A stretch of 64,000 bases of DNA. Source: Bacillota bacterium. Its GTDB lineage: Bacteria > Bacillota > TC1. The notes under the pieces were generated by a model that saw only the letters and a program-made list of their open reading frames with translations, did no database searches and was not told the origin of the DNA. Position 1 is the stretch's first letter. Every line of letters begins with the position of its first letter. The translations under genes were made by a program, and so were the position numbers. Positions 1 to 10,195 of the stretch are shown here, piece after piece. The stretch covers positions 27,940 to 91,939 of the forward strand of contig JAGXHY010000025.1 of NCBI GenBank assembly GCA_024635925.1, given 5' to 3'.

Positions 1-337
1 GAAGTATGTTTGCTTGTTTAAATTGGTAGCCATAAGCTGTATCACAAACATCTGTTGAAGTTAGTCCATAATGCACCCATTTTTTTTCTTCTCCTAGACT
101 TTCACTAACTGCCCTGGTAAAAGCAACAACATCATGTTTTGTTGACTCTTCTATTTCTAATATTCTTTCAACGGAAAATTTAGCATTTCCTCTTATTTTA
201 ATAGCATCAGCAGTAGGAATTAACCCATATTTAGCATATGCTTCAACTGTTAGTATTTCTACTTCAAGCCAGGCATTATATTTATTGGCTTCTGTCCATA
301 TTGCTTTCATTTCTTTTCTAGAATAACGATCAATCAT
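1..337 (-). CDS. purB: adenylosuccinate lyase, N-terminal part (gene runs off the left window edge)
   Basis: Own translation of the minus strand from ATG at 337 gives [41 protein letters not shown]...[30 protein letters not shown], the conserved PurB N-terminus. AAGGAG (344-349) lies 6 nt upstream. It is absent from the ORF track because the window edge truncates it. Confidence 0.9.
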   Translation of the reverse strand, partial: MIDRYSRKEMKAIWTEANKYNAWLEVEILTVEAYAKYGLIPTADAIKIRGNAKFSVERILEIEESTKHDVVAFTRAVSESLGEEKKWVHYGLTSTDVCDTAYGYQFKQANIL

Positions 338-360
338 TTAATACTCCTTAAAAGTAAATT

Positions 361-386
361 ACCACTCAATTTATAATGAGTGGTAA
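361..386 (-). terminator. 8-bp stem hairpin between dnaJ and purB (weak terminator or leader hairpin)
   Basis: ACCACTCA-N8-TGAGTGGT. On the minus strand it is followed by AATTTACTTTT, which is only a partial U-tract. Confidence 0.35.
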
Positions 387-470
387 TTCAATTATTTCAA
401 CTAAATATTACCTCTACAAAGGATAAATATCCATTAAAATTATATCATAATTGATAGTATTTGAAAATAG

Positions 471-1610
471 TTACTCTCCTGAAAAGAAATCTCTAATTTT
501 TTCAAAAAAAACTTTCTTTTCTTTCCTAGGCTTATAATACAAAGGAGAGTTGCTTAATGAATATTTTAAAGCTGACATCTGTTCCTTTTGTTCCTTAGAA
601 AGGTGAGTAGGGACAACTACTTTCACATATATATAGTGATCCCCATTGCTATTTGATTTCAACTTTTTAATACCTTTATCTTTTATTCTAAAAGTAGAGC
701 CAAATTGTGTTCCTTCGGGTATTTCTAATTTTTCTTTACCATGAATTGTATTGATTTCTATTGTATCTCCTAATGCTGCTTGAATTATATTAATTTTAGC
801 TTCACTATAAACATCATTTCCTTCACGTTTAAAATCTTTATGTGGTGCAATATTAACTATTACATATAAATCTCCATAAGATCCACCATTTGTGCCTGCA
901 TCCCCTTCATTTGGGACTCTAATCCTTGCACCTTCGAAAACTCCAGCTGGAATATTTAAATGAATTTTACGTTCTTTTTTTACTCGTCCTTGTCCATGAC
1001 ATGTTTGACATGGATCTTTAATTATAGTTCCAGCTCCATTACATTGGGGACATGTTCTTACAGACTGGAAAAAGCCCATTGATGACATAACTTGTCCAGC
1101 ACCTTTACACATTGGACATGTTTCTTTGCTAGTTCCTTTTTTAGCTCCATCCCCTCCACAGGTATCACAAATATCTTCTCGTCTAATGACAATATCTTTT
1201 TCAACACCAAATGCAGCTTCCATAAACGAGATGCTAAAACGATATGTAAGATCATCTCCTTTTATTGGACCATTATATTTCTTACGACTTCTAGAACCAC
1301 CAAAAATATTATCAAAAATATCTCCAAATCCACTAAAATTCATATCCTCAAAGCCACTACTATATCCACCTTGGTTAAAGCCACCTGTATTAAAATCTTG
1401 ATGACCATATTGGTCATATTGACTTTTTTTATCGACATCACTCAAAACATCATATGCTTCTTGAACTTCTTTGAATTGTTCAGTAGAGTCATGTTCTTTA
1501 TTCTTATCTGGGTGATATTTCATAGACATTTTTCTGTATGCTTTTTTTATATCAGCTTGTGTAGCATTTTTTTCAATACCCAAAACTTCATAAAAGTCTT
1601 TTTTACTCAA
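471..1610 (-). CDS. dnaJ: molecular chaperone DnaJ
   Basis: J-domain HPD motif (KYHPDKN), a G/F-rich segment and four CxxCxGxG zinc-finger repeats. TTG start with GGAGG 7 nt upstream. Confidence 0.97.
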   Translation of the reverse strand: MSKKDFYEVLGIEKNATQADIKKAYRKMSMKYHPDKNKEHDSTEQFKEVQEAYDVLSDVDKKSQYDQYGHQDFNTGGFNQGGYSSGFEDMNFSGFGDIFDNIFGGSRSRKKYNGPIKGDDLTYRFSISFMEAAFGVEKDIVIRREDICDTCGGDGAKKGTSKETCPMCKGAGQVMSSMGFFQSVRTCPQCNGAGTIIKDPCQTCHGQGRVKKERKIHLNIPAGVFEGARIRVPNEGDAGTNGGSYGDLYVIVNIAPHKDFKREGNDVYSEAKINIIQAALGDTIEINTIHGKEKLEIPEGTQFGSTFRIKDKGIKKLKSNSNGDHYIYVKVVVPTHLSKEQKEQMSALKYSLSNSPLYYKPRKEKKVFFEKIRDFFSGE

Positions 1611-1640
1611 TTAAATACCTCCAATAAACTATTATACGCT

Positions 1641-1668
1641 ATACATCACCTCAATTGAGGTGATGTAT
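1641..1668 (-). other. perfect 12-bp stem / 4-nt loop hairpin in the dnaK-dnaJ spacer
   Basis: ATACATCACCTC-AATT-GAGGTGATGTAT. No U-tract follows on the minus strand, so it does not look like an intrinsic terminator. Confidence 0.6.
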
Positions 1669-1683
1669 GCTGTTTATAATTTT

Positions 1684-3510
1684 TTATTTATCTTTATCTT
1701 CTGCAGTGTAATCAGCGTCAACTACATCATCTTCTTGTTTTTGTTCAGGTGAATCAGTAGCACCTTGTTCTTCGCTTTCAGCTTGTTTATATATCTTTGC
1801 GCCGATTTCTTCAAGTACTTTTTGTACGTTTTCAGTTTCAGTTTTAATCAACTCAACATCATCTTTAGTTACAGCTTCTTCTAAAGTTTTTTTAGCTGCT
1901 TCTAATTTCTCTTTATCTTCATCAGCTATTTTATCAGGATTATCTTTAATTAATTTATCACCTTGATAAATTGTTGAATCTGCAGTGTTTTTAGCTTCGA
2001 TAGATTCTTTTTTCTTTTTATCTTCTTCAGCGTAAATTTCTGCATCTTTTGCCATTTTTTCAATTTCATCTTCTGATAAACCAGTAGTTCCAGTTATTGT
2101 AATTTTTTGTTCTTTACCTGTTCCTTTGTCTTTAGCAGAAACGTTCAAAATACCGTTTGCATCAATATCAAAGCTAACTTCAATTTGTGGAATTCCTCTT
2201 GGTGCTGGAGCTATACCATCTAGCATAAATCTTCCTATGCTCTTATTATCAGCAGCCATTTGTCTTTCACCTTGCACGATATTAATATCAACGCTTGGTT
2301 GATTATCCGCCGCTGTAGAAAATACTTGGCTTTTTGAAGTAGGTATAGTAGTATTTCTTTCAATAACTTTTGTAGCAATACCACCTAAAGTTTCAATTCC
2401 AAGTGATAAAGGTGTTACATCTAATAATAGGATATCATTTACCTCTCCAGTTAGAACTCCACCTTGGATAGCAGCTCCTAAAGCTACACACTCATCAGGA
2501 TTAACCCCTTTAAATGGTTCTTTATTTAATTTCTTTTTAATTGCATCTTGTACTGCTGGTATTCTAGTTGATCCACCTACTAAGATTATTTTATCAATTT
2601 TACTGGCTGTTAAACCTGCATCTTTCAAGGCTGTATCAGTTGGTCCCATTGTTTTTTCTACTAAGTCAGCAGTTAATTCATTAAATTTTGTTCTTGATAA
2701 GGTTATATCAAGATGTTGTGGTCCATTTTCATTAGCTGTTATAAATGGTAGATTAATATTTGAATTTGTTACTGTTGATAATTCGCATTTTGCTTTTTCA
2801 GCAGCTTCTTTTAATCTTTGCATAGCCATTTTATCATTTTTTAAATCTATACTATGTGTTTTTTTAAACTCAGCAACTAAATAAGCAATAACTCTATCAT
2901 CAAAGTCATCTCCACCTAGTTTGTTGTTACCACTTGTAGCTTTAACCTCAAAGACTCCATCACCTAATTCAAGTACAGATACATCAAATGTTCCACCACC
3001 TAAATCATATACTAAAATAGTGTGGTCATGACCTTTATCTAATCCATATGATAATGCTGCAGCTGTAGGTTCGTTAATTATTCTTAAAACATTAAGTCCT
3101 GCAATTGCTCCTGCGTCTTTTGTTGCTTGTCTTTGGCTATCTGAGAAATAAGCTGGTACAGTAATTACCGCGTCTTTTACATCTTGGCCAAGAAATGATT
3201 CAGCATCTTTTTTTAATTTTTGTAAAATAAATGCTGAAATTTGTTGAGGGTTATAGTTGTCACCTTCAATTTTTACATTAAAATCTGTTCCCATTTGTCT
3301 TTTAATTGAAGCTACTGTATGATCTGGATTGGTTATAGCTTGTCTTTTTGCAACCTGCCCAACTAATCTTTCACCATCTTTTGTAAATGCTACTACTGAT
3401 GGTGTAGTTCTATTACCTTCTGCATTAGGTATTACAACAGCTTCTCCACCTTCCATAACTGCTACACATGAGTTTGTTGTTCCTAAATCAATTCCTATTA
3501 CTTTTGACAT
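1684..3510 (-). CDS. dnaK: molecular chaperone DnaK (Hsp70)
   Basis: Hsp70 signatures [24 protein letters not shown] and VGGSTRIP. 608 aa. Confidence 0.99.
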   Translation of the reverse strand: MSKVIGIDLGTTNSCVAVMEGGEAVVIPNAEGNRTTPSVVAFTKDGERLVGQVAKRQAITNPDHTVASIKRQMGTDFNVKIEGDNYNPQQISAFILQKLKKDAESFLGQDVKDAVITVPAYFSDSQRQATKDAGAIAGLNVLRIINEPTAAALSYGLDKGHDHTILVYDLGGGTFDVSVLELGDGVFEVKATSGNNKLGGDDFDDRVIAYLVAEFKKTHSIDLKNDKMAMQRLKEAAEKAKCELSTVTNSNINLPFITANENGPQHLDITLSRTKFNELTADLVEKTMGPTDTALKDAGLTASKIDKIILVGGSTRIPAVQDAIKKKLNKEPFKGVNPDECVALGAAIQGGVLTGEVNDILLLDVTPLSLGIETLGGIATKVIERNTTIPTSKSQVFSTAADNQPSVDINIVQGERQMAADNKSIGRFMLDGIAPAPRGIPQIEVSFDIDANGILNVSAKDKGTGKEQKITITGTTGLSEDEIEKMAKDAEIYAEEDKKKKESIEAKNTADSTIYQGDKLIKDNPDKIADEDKEKLEAAKKTLEEAVTKDDVELIKTETENVQKVLEEIGAKIYKQAESEEQGATDSPEQKQEDDVVDADYTAEDKDK

Positions 3511-3528
3511 TTTTAATTTCCTCCTAAT

Positions 3529-4071
3529 TTATCCTTTTGTACCTATTTTAACCATAGTTGGTCTTATTACTTTTTTATTTAACATATATCCTTTTTGAAG
3601 CTCATCAGTTACTTTATTAACTAATTCATCATCTTCTACATTTTCATTCATAACTCCTTGATGAAAACTAGGATCAAAATCATTACCTGCAGCTTCAATC
3701 TTTTCCAATCCATTTGCGCATAATATCTCCATGAATTGCTTATGTATCATTTCAACACCAGCATAGTATTTATCTTTTGAATTTTCATCAGATTTTATTG
3801 CTAATGCTCTCTCGAAGTTATCAATTACTGAAATTAAAGGTAGTATTAACTTTTGAGTACCATATTTAGCCATTTCTTCTAATTCTAATTTAGATCTTTT
3901 CTTATAGTTTTCAAATTCAGCTTGTGTTCTAATTAATTTATCTTTCAATTCCTTAATTTCCTCTGCTTGCTTATCGACTTTTGTATCTTTTAATTCCTTA
4001 TCCTTAATTTTCTCTGCTTGCTTATCAGCTTTTTTAACTTTTGATTTTTTTATTCCCTTTTCTTCCAACAC
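3529..4071 (-). CDS. grpE: nucleotide exchange factor GrpE
   Basis: GrpE-like C-terminal half (FDPSFHQGVM...) and its position between hrcA and dnaK. The start is either GTG at 4071 or TTG at 4068, and the AAGGAGG spacing favours TTG. Confidence 0.93.
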   Translation of the reverse strand: MLEEKGIKKSKVKKADKQAEKIKDKELKDTKVDKQAEEIKELKDKLIRTQAEFENYKKRSKLELEEMAKYGTQKLILPLISVIDNFERALAIKSDENSKDKYYAGVEMIHKQFMEILCANGLEKIEAAGNDFDPSFHQGVMNENVEDDELVNKVTDELQKGYMLNKKVIRPTMVKIGTKG

Positions 4072-5078
4072 TATTCCTCCTTTTGTTTAAATAATGACTC
4101 TAATAAAGTAATGTTTTTTTCATAAAACATTCTAGTAGGTCCAATTATTCCAATTTTGCCTTGGACACCATCGCAAAATGAACAATTAGTTGCAATGACT
4201 GTAAAATCATTTAGTTCTTCTAAACCAATCTCATCGCCAATCTTTATGTCGATTTTGCCTTTTTCTTGTCCTAAAATATTATTAAATATTTTGGTTAATT
4301 GTCCTTGGTCTTCTAGTGTGTTTATAAAACTTTCAATTTTTTTAACTTCACTAAATTCTGGTAATTTAAATATATTTTTCACACCTTCTACTATTATGTC
4401 TACTTTAATTTCTTCATTTAATGCTTTTAATACAATCTTGAAGATTTCTTCAACAAGTAAGGGTGAGCTTGGAAATATATTTATAATTTCTTGTTTTAGT
4501 TCTGGAGTAATACCTTCTATATTTTTATCAATTAGATAATAGTTTAGAATATCTGTTAGTTTTTTTAGATCTTCTTCACTAATTTTTTCTAGAAATGATA
4601 ATACATAGTCCTTTACTTTTTGTGAACTTAATACAAGAACCAGTAGAGCTTTATCTTCCAATAATCCTACTAATTTTAGATGATGTATTTTGTCTTCACC
4701 TTGTTTTTCTTCAGTAATTATTACTGTATAGTTACTAAGTCCAGCTAATACTATGGCTACTTCTTTAAGATAATTGTTGATATTTTTAATGTTGCTTGTA
4801 TCTATATCTATGATATTAAATTCATCTGCAATATTATCATCATCCATTAAAAAATCAACATAATACCTATATCCAGAGGAAGCTGGTATTCTGCCACTTG
4901 AAATATGGGGCTGCTTAATATATCCTAATGATTCAAGTGCAGCCATTTCATTTCTAATAGTTGCTGAACTAACATTTAGGCCATATCTGTTTACTATGGT
5001 TTTTGAGCTTACTGGTTCTGCTCCAAAAATATATTCTTTGATTATCGCCTTCAATATTTGTTCTTTTCTTAAGTCCAT
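4071..5078 (-). CDS. hrcA: heat-inducible transcription repressor HrcA
   Basis: N-terminal winged-helix region (ILKAIIKEY...PVSSKTIV...NVSSATIRNEMAALE), first gene of the dnaK operon, with CIRCE upstream. Confidence 0.95.
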   Translation of the reverse strand: MDLRKEQILKAIIKEYIFGAEPVSSKTIVNRYGLNVSSATIRNEMAALESLGYIKQPHISSGRIPASSGYRYYVDFLMDDDNIADEFNIIDIDTSNIKNINNYLKEVAIVLAGLSNYTVIITEEKQGEDKIHHLKLVGLLEDKALLVLVLSSQKVKDYVLSFLEKISEEDLKKLTDILNYYLIDKNIEGITPELKQEIINIFPSSPLLVEEIFKIVLKALNEEIKVDIIVEGVKNIFKLPEFSEVKKIESFINTLEDQGQLTKIFNNILGQEKGKIDIKIGDEIGLEELNDFTVIATNCSFCDGVQGKIGIIGPTRMFYEKNITLLESLFKQKEE

Positions 5079-5090
5079 TAATTCACCTCA

Positions 5091-5117
5091 TTAGCACTTC
5101 AACTCATCGAGTGCTAA
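5091..5117 (-). promoter_or_regulatory. CIRCE operator (HrcA binding site)
   Basis: TTAGCACTT-N9-GAGTGCTAA compared with the consensus TTAGCACTC-N9-GAGTGCTAA. It lies between the promoter and the hrcA start. Confidence 0.95.
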
Positions 5118-5121
5118 ACTA

Positions 5122-5150
5122 ATGATAACATTTGAGATTTTCTTTGTCAA
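5122..5150 (-). promoter_or_regulatory. sigma-A type promoter of hrcA-grpE-dnaK-dnaJ
   Basis: Minus strand TTGACA (5150-5145), a 17-nt spacer, then TATCAT (5127-5122), directly upstream of CIRCE. Confidence 0.8.
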
Positions 5151-5309
5151 GAATATTCTTGTTTAAAGAGAAACTCCATAAAATACTTGTATTTTTTCAG
5201 TAAACTTTGTTATATATAGCTTAGTTTTTAGCACATTTTTCTTATAATAATATTCCAACAAAAAATGAGCTCTGTTATTAACAGAACCCATTTAGTTTAT
5301 ATTTCCTAT

Positions 5310-5558
5310 TTACTTATATAACCTATTAACCTTAGACAAAAGATAAGCAATAATCAACACAACTAAAACAATAACAATTGCTGGCGCTAACCATACCAAA
5401 GAAGCCAATAAAATTCTAATCAACCAATAAACAAAATAACCAACTAATCCAATGATTAACGCTAACACTAGACTATGCAATAGCAATCCACCTATACCTC
5501 GAACTCTGCTACTAATAGCTTCACCTAATTGCTCATTGATACGCAAGAAAAAATCCAT
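5310..5558 (-). CDS. small hydrophobic protein (about 82 aa, 2 predicted TM helices), unknown function
   Basis: ORF-track protein trimmed to ATG at 5558, with GGAGGG 6 nt upstream. It starts 19 nt after the hisIE stop. Hydrophobic stretches LLLHSLVLALIIGLVGYFVYWLI and LVWLAPAIVIVLVVLIIAYLL. Confidence 0.55.
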   Translation of the reverse strand: MDFFLRINEQLGEAISSRVRGIGGLLLHSLVLALIIGLVGYFVYWLIRILLASLVWLAPAIVIVLVVLIIAYLLSKVNRLYK

Positions 5559-5577
5559 TATCAACCCTCCTATATAT

Positions 5578-6243
5578 TTACTTGTATCTTTTGGCTAATT
5601 CAGCCTCTATATCTGAAATATTAACATTTTTTTCTCTAAATAGCACTAACAAATGATAAATTAAATCACTAGCTTCATAAATCAATTCTTCATTACCCTC
5701 ATTTTTAGCCGCTATAATAACCTCAGCCGCTTCTTCACCAACCTTTTTAAGAATCTTATCAATACCCTTCTCAAAAAGATAAGTTGTATAAGCCCCTTCT
5801 GGCCTCTTTTCAAACCTATTACAAATAACATTCTCCAGTAAACCTAACCTCTTGCCCAAAGAAACACCACTTAGCATAGTTTCACTCTCTAGTTTAACCT
5901 TTGAACCATTCTTTAATAAACTATTCAAATCATAATGAAAACAACTCTTATCACCCTCATGACAAGCAACACCAATCTGATCTATCTTAATCAAAATTGT
6001 ATCAGCATCACAATCAAAAACCATAGACCTAATCTTTTGAAAATGACCACTAGTTTCACCCTTATGCCACAATTCATTCCTACTACGAGAGAAATAAACA
6101 GCCTCACCACTTTCAATAGACTGTTTCAAAGAATCCTTATTCATATATGCTAACATCAATACTTCTTCAGTAGTCCCATCCTGAACAATAACAGGAATTA
6201 ATCCATCACTATTCCATTTCAATTTATCATAAAAATCTACCAT
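5578..6243 (-). CDS. hisIE: bifunctional phosphoribosyl-AMP cyclohydrolase / phosphoribosyl-ATP pyrophosphatase
   Basis: HisI motifs ([26 protein letters not shown]) followed by a HisE helical domain. The start overlaps the hisF stop (ATGGTAG). Confidence 0.95.
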   Translation of the reverse strand: MVDFYDKLKWNSDGLIPVIVQDGTTEEVLMLAYMNKDSLKQSIESGEAVYFSRSRNELWHKGETSGHFQKIRSMVFDCDADTILIKIDQIGVACHEGDKSCFHYDLNSLLKNGSKVKLESETMLSGVSLGKRLGLLENVICNRFEKRPEGAYTTYLFEKGIDKILKKVGEEAAEVIIAAKNEGNEELIYEASDLIYHLLVLFREKNVNISDIEAELAKRYK

Positions 6244-6995
6244 CTAATATCCACCCCTTTATCTATTAAATACTGCTTTCCTTCCCTTATCGAATAAGTT
6301 CCATAATGAAAAATAGATGCAGCTAAAGCTGCCTGTGCTTTACCTTCTACCAAACCTTCGTACAAATGCTCTAAATTACCAACACCACCAGAAGCAATAA
6401 CAGGTATAGAAACAGCTTCACTAACCAACCTAGTCAATTCCAAATCATATCCATCCTTGGTTCCATCACAATCCATACTAGTCAATAGAATCTCACCAGC
6501 CCCACAGGCCTCAACCTCTTTAGCCCATGAAATAACCTCTAACCCAGTATTAACCCTACCACCATTAATATATGCTTCATAATTTCCATTTTCATTTTTC
6601 TTAGCATCAATAGCCACAACAATACACTGAGAACCAAATATCTTTGCTCCCTCTGTAATAAGTTTCTTATTTAAAATAGCAGGAGTATTAATTGAAACTT
6701 TATCTGCCCCTGCCCTTAGAATATTTCTCATATCATCAATTGATTTTATGCCCCCACCAACAGTAAAAGGAATAAAAACTTGCTTAGCAGTTTGTTTTAC
6801 CACTTCAATCATAGTATCTCTTTTTTCATGGGATGCTGTAATATCAAGAAAAATAAGCTCATCAGCCCCTTCTTGATCATAAAATTTAGCAAGTTCTACA
6901 GGATCTCCAGCATCTTTTATATCAACAAAATTAATACCCTTAACCACTCTTCCATCCCTTACATCAAGGCAAGGAATAATTCTTTTTTTTAACAT
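6237..6995 (-). CDS. hisF: imidazole glycerol phosphate synthase cyclase subunit
   Basis: [12 protein letters not shown]...[11 protein letters not shown]...SINT..., the canonical HisF. Confidence 0.97.
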   Translation of the reverse strand: MLKKRIIPCLDVRDGRVVKGINFVDIKDAGDPVELAKFYDQEGADELIFLDITASHEKRDTMIEVVKQTAKQVFIPFTVGGGIKSIDDMRNILRAGADKVSINTPAILNKKLITEGAKIFGSQCIVVAIDAKKNENGNYEAYINGGRVNTGLEVISWAKEVEACGAGEILLTSMDCDGTKDGYDLELTRLVSEAVSIPVIASGGVGNLEHLYEGLVEGKAQAALAASIFHYGTYSIREGKQYLIDKGVDIRW

Positions 6996-7001
6996 ATATT
7001 C

Positions 7002-7724
7002 TTACCTTCCTGTAAGCTTTAAAGCTTCATATAAATCTATTTTTTCCTCATAAAGAGCTTTTCCTAAAATTACTTCATCAACACCAAATTGTTCAAGTTT
7101 CATTACCTCTTTTAAATCTTTCATAGAAGACATACCCCCAGAAGCAGTAATTTTTAGTCCTGAAGCTTTAGCCAGTTCTCCAGTCTCAATTAAATTAGGA
7201 CCAGTCAAAGTCCCATCCCGATTAATATCAGTATAGATTATTCTTTCTATTCCAAGCTCTTTCATGTCCAGAGCCAACGTCAAAGCCTCTATTTTAGTAT
7301 TATTTAGCCAACCTTTAGTCTTAACAATACCATCTTCTGCATCAATACCTACAATTATTTTATTCCCATAAACAGCCGTTGCACATGCTACTAAAGCCAT
7401 ATTTTCAACTGCTGCTGTACCAAGAATAATTCTTTTAACACCAAGATCAATATACATTTTGATAGTATCCATATCCCTAATGCCCCCACCTAATTCTAGA
7501 GGAATATCAAGTGAACTAACCAATTTTTTAATAACTTCCAGATTTTTTGGATTACCAGCTTCTGCCCCATCTAAATCTACTAGATGTATCATTTCTGCAC
7601 CCATAGATTGCCACTTTTTACCTATTTCAACAGGATCACCATAAACAGTAACCTTATTATAATCACCTTTATATAACCTAATACATTGGCCATTTAACAT
7701 ATCAATTGCCGGTACTAAGACCAT
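7002..7724 (-). CDS. hisA: ProFAR isomerase
   Basis: PAIDMLNGQCIRL...HLVDLDGA...GGGIR, HisA signatures. Confidence 0.95.
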   Translation of the reverse strand: MVLVPAIDMLNGQCIRLYKGDYNKVTVYGDPVEIGKKWQSMGAEMIHLVDLDGAEAGNPKNLEVIKKLVSSLDIPLELGGGIRDMDTIKMYIDLGVKRIILGTAAVENMALVACATAVYGNKIIVGIDAEDGIVKTKGWLNNTKIEALTLALDMKELGIERIIYTDINRDGTLTGPNLIETGELAKASGLKITASGGMSSMKDLKEVMKLEQFGVDEVILGKALYEEKIDLYEALKLTGR

Positions 7725-8329
7725 TTTGACACCAACTTTCCAAAATTTTGAATCAGAATCATGCCATTAATAGAACTTTTTTCAGGATGAAATTGAACAC
7801 CAAAAACATTCTCTTTACTTACCACAGCCACAACCTCTAAACCATAGTCACAAGTTGCAATAATAATACTTTTATCTACAGGATGAGCCTGATAACTATG
7901 AACAAAATAAAAATCATCCCCATCTTCAATTCCATCAAGAATTGGTGAAGGATTGATAATCTTTAAATCATTCCACCCAATATGAGGTATTTTAAAACTA
8001 GTTGTAAGTCTTTCTACTCTACCTTCAAGAATGCCCAAACCAGCTGAAACTCCATTTTCTTCACCAAATTCAAACAACAGATGAAGACCAAGACAGATAC
8101 CGAGTAGGGGTTTACCGCTTTTCACTGCTTCTTCGATTATAGGAATTAAACCCCTTTTTTCCAAATCTTTCATACCATCTTTAAAAGCTCCAACACCTGG
8201 TAAGATTAAACCATCACATTTTCTTAAAATATCATGATTATCAGTTGTAATATTTTCAAAACCACCTTTATTTAAAGCAGTTTCTACACTACTTATATTC
8301 CCTCTACCATAATCAATAATACCAATCAT
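7715..8329 (-). CDS. hisH: imidazole glycerol phosphate synthase glutamine amidotransferase subunit
   Basis: IGIIDYGRGN, the catalytic GICLG cysteine and QFHPEKS. Confidence 0.96.
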   Translation of the reverse strand: MIGIIDYGRGNISSVETALNKGGFENITTDNHDILRKCDGLILPGVGAFKDGMKDLEKRGLIPIIEEAVKSGKPLLGICLGLHLLFEFGEENGVSAGLGILEGRVERLTTSFKIPHIGWNDLKIINPSPILDGIEDGDDFYFVHSYQAHPVDKSIIIATCDYGLEVVAVVSKENVFGVQFHPEKSSINGMILIQNFGKLVSKWS

Positions 8330-8913
8330 TATATACTCCCTTTAGTGGAAGGTATACCATTTCTAACATCAACTTTTAAAGCCATTTTTAAGGCTCTAGC
8401 TAAAGCTTTAAACACACCTTCAATAATATGGTGAGTATTTTTACCTGATAATTGTTTAATATGCAAATTCATACCAGAAGCCATTACAAAAGCTCTAAGG
8501 AACTCTTCTACTAATTCAGTTTCAAAATTCCCAATCACTTCATAAGGTAATTCAACATTAAAGACAAGAAATGGTCTTCCTCCAAGATCAAGAGCTAACA
8601 TAATTAGCACTTCATCCATTGGTAAAATTATACTTCCATATCTTTCTAGGCCCTTCTTATCTCCTAAAGCTTCTTTTAAAGCCTCACCTAAAACTATCCC
8701 AAAATCCTCAACCGTGTGATGAGCATCTATATGCAAATCCCCATCAACTTTCATCTTCAAAGACATATTACTATGTTTAATAAATAAATCAAGCATATGA
8801 TCAAAGAAACCAATTCCTGTATTACCTTCACATACACCGTTACCATCAATAACTAATTCTAATGATATTTTTGTTTCTTTTGTTTTTCTTTCTTTAATTG
8901 CTATTCTATTCAT
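8329..8913 (-). CDS. hisB: imidazoleglycerol-phosphate dehydratase (monofunctional, no phosphatase domain)
   Basis: RKTKETKISLEL, DAHHTVEDFGIVLG and NTHHIIEG motifs. 194 aa. Confidence 0.96.
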   Translation of the reverse strand: MNRIAIKERKTKETKISLELVIDGNGVCEGNTGIGFFDHMLDLFIKHSNMSLKMKVDGDLHIDAHHTVEDFGIVLGEALKEALGDKKGLERYGSIILPMDEVLIMLALDLGGRPFLVFNVELPYEVIGNFETELVEEFLRAFVMASGMNLHIKQLSGKNTHHIIEGVFKALARALKMALKVDVRNGIPSTKGSI

Positions 8914-10195
8914 CTTTCATCCTCACTGTTATAGAGTTTTTATGAGCTGTAAAGCCTTCAACTTCTGCAAGTTTTTCTATATATTTACCTTTTTTAATTA
9001 TTGCTTCTTTTGTATAAGATATAACACTTGTTTTCTTTAAATAGGTATGAGTATTTAATGGAGAATAAAATCTACTAGTTCCATTAGTTGGTAAAACATG
9101 ATTAGGACCTGCAAAATAATCTCCAATTGGTTCTGGTGTGTAATATCCTAAGAATACAGCACCTGCATTTTTAATACTATCTAGCCATATAAAGGGATCT
9201 TCAACCGCTAATTCTAAATGTTCTGGTCCATAAGCATTTGCAAAACTAATACCCTCTTCAATATTACTTGCAATTATAATTGCACCATTATTTTCAATAG
9301 AAGCTCTAGCTATTTCTTCCCTAGATAAAAACTTTAATTGTTTTTCAACTTCTATTTCAATAGCATCAGCTAATTTTTCTGAAAAAGTAACTAGTATAGA
9401 AGAGGCTAACTTATCATGCTCTCCTTGTGATAAAAGATCTGCAGCAATATATTTTGGATTTGCTTTTTCGTCAGCGATTACTAAAATTTCACTTGGTCCT
9501 GCTAGCATATCAATATCAACAGTCCCATAAACAATTTTCTTGGCTATTGTTACATAAATATTTCCAGGACCTACTATTTTATCAACCTTCTTTAAAGGAC
9601 CAGCTCCATAAGCTAGTGTACCAATACCTTGAGCTCCACCTACTTTATAAATATTAGTTACACCAGAAAGCTTAGCTGCAGCTAGTGTGTAAGGATTTAT
9701 TTTTCCATTCTTACCAGGAGGTGTAATCATTATTATATCTTTTACTCCTGCTACTTTTGCTGGTACAGCAGTCATAACCACTGAAGAAGGATAAGCAGCA
9801 GTACCACCTGGAACATAAAGTCCAACTCTTTCTATTGGTCTTATTAGCTGACCTAAAATTATACCATCTTCAGATTCATCCATTGTGGTTGATAGCATTT
9901 GTTTTTTATGAAAAGCCTCTACATTTAAAATAGATAAATTTATTGCTTCAATAAATTCTTCATCCACACAAGTCATCGCTTCTTCAATTTCTTCAGCAGA
10001 AACTCTGAACTCATTTTCATTTAAATCTATTCCATCAAATTTAGCAGTATATCGTCTTACCGCATTATATCCATTAGCCTTTATGTCATATAATATTCCT
10101 TGAACACTTTCAAATAATTCTTTAGTTCCAAGCATTTTATTTTCTTTTAATAAAGTATCAATTGAAGTTTTATCATCATAGAAAATTCTTTTCAT
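8906..10195 (-). CDS. hisD: histidinol dehydrogenase
   Basis: 429 aa with LSQGEHD, GPEHLEL and GDY.AGPNHVLPT motifs. Confidence 0.96.
   Translation of the reverse strand: MKRIFYDDKTSIDTLLKENKMLGTKELFESVQGILYDIKANGYNAVRRYTAKFDGIDLNENEFRVSAEEIEEAMTCVDEEFIEAINLSILNVEAFHKKQMLSTTMDESEDGIILGQLIRPIERVGLYVPGGTAAYPSSVVMTAVPAKVAGVKDIIMITPPGKNGKINPYTLAAAKLSGVTNIYKVGGAQGIGTLAYGAGPLKKVDKIVGPGNIYVTIAKKIVYGTVDIDMLAGPSEILVIADEKANPKYIAADLLSQGEHDKLASSILVTFSEKLADAIEIEVEKQLKFLSREEIARASIENNGAIIIASNIEEGISFANAYGPEHLELAVEDPFIWLDSIKNAGAVFLGYYTPEPIGDYFAGPNHVLPTNGTSRFYSPLNTHTYLKKTSVISYTKEAIIKKGKYIEKLAEVEGFTAHKNSITVRMKDE

Noticed and set aside
338-440. Possible purine or other riboswitch in the purB leader.
   Set aside because: The leader is about 100 nt, extremely AT-rich and shows only one simple hairpin. 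The conserved purine-riboswitch junction sequences are not present.
1058-1658. ORF-track entries at 1058-1255 (minus strand, alternative frame) and at 1092-1658 and 1126-1401 (plus strand) within dnaJ. Analogous plus-strand ORFs occur inside other minus-strand genes, for example 3329-3598, 4156-4539, 13621-14160, 19523-19912, 21384-21878, 37290-37895, 45346-45630 and 51095-51538.
   Set aside because: They lie entirely inside well-supported conserved genes. They have low-complexity, Ile/Phe/Ser/Leu-rich translations typical of shadow frames in AT-rich DNA, and they lack RBSs.
3961-4030. Direct repeat TCTGCTTGCTTATC occurring twice in grpE.
   Set aside because: It reflects a short duplicated Lys/Glu-rich peptide (DKQAEKIK / DKQAEEIK) in the poorly conserved GrpE N-terminus and is not an independent element.
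5221-5240. A second TTAGCAC half-site upstream of the hrcA promoter, which might be a second CIRCE element.
   Set aside because: There is no matching GAGTGCTAA arm at the required 9-nt spacing, so it is only a half-site.
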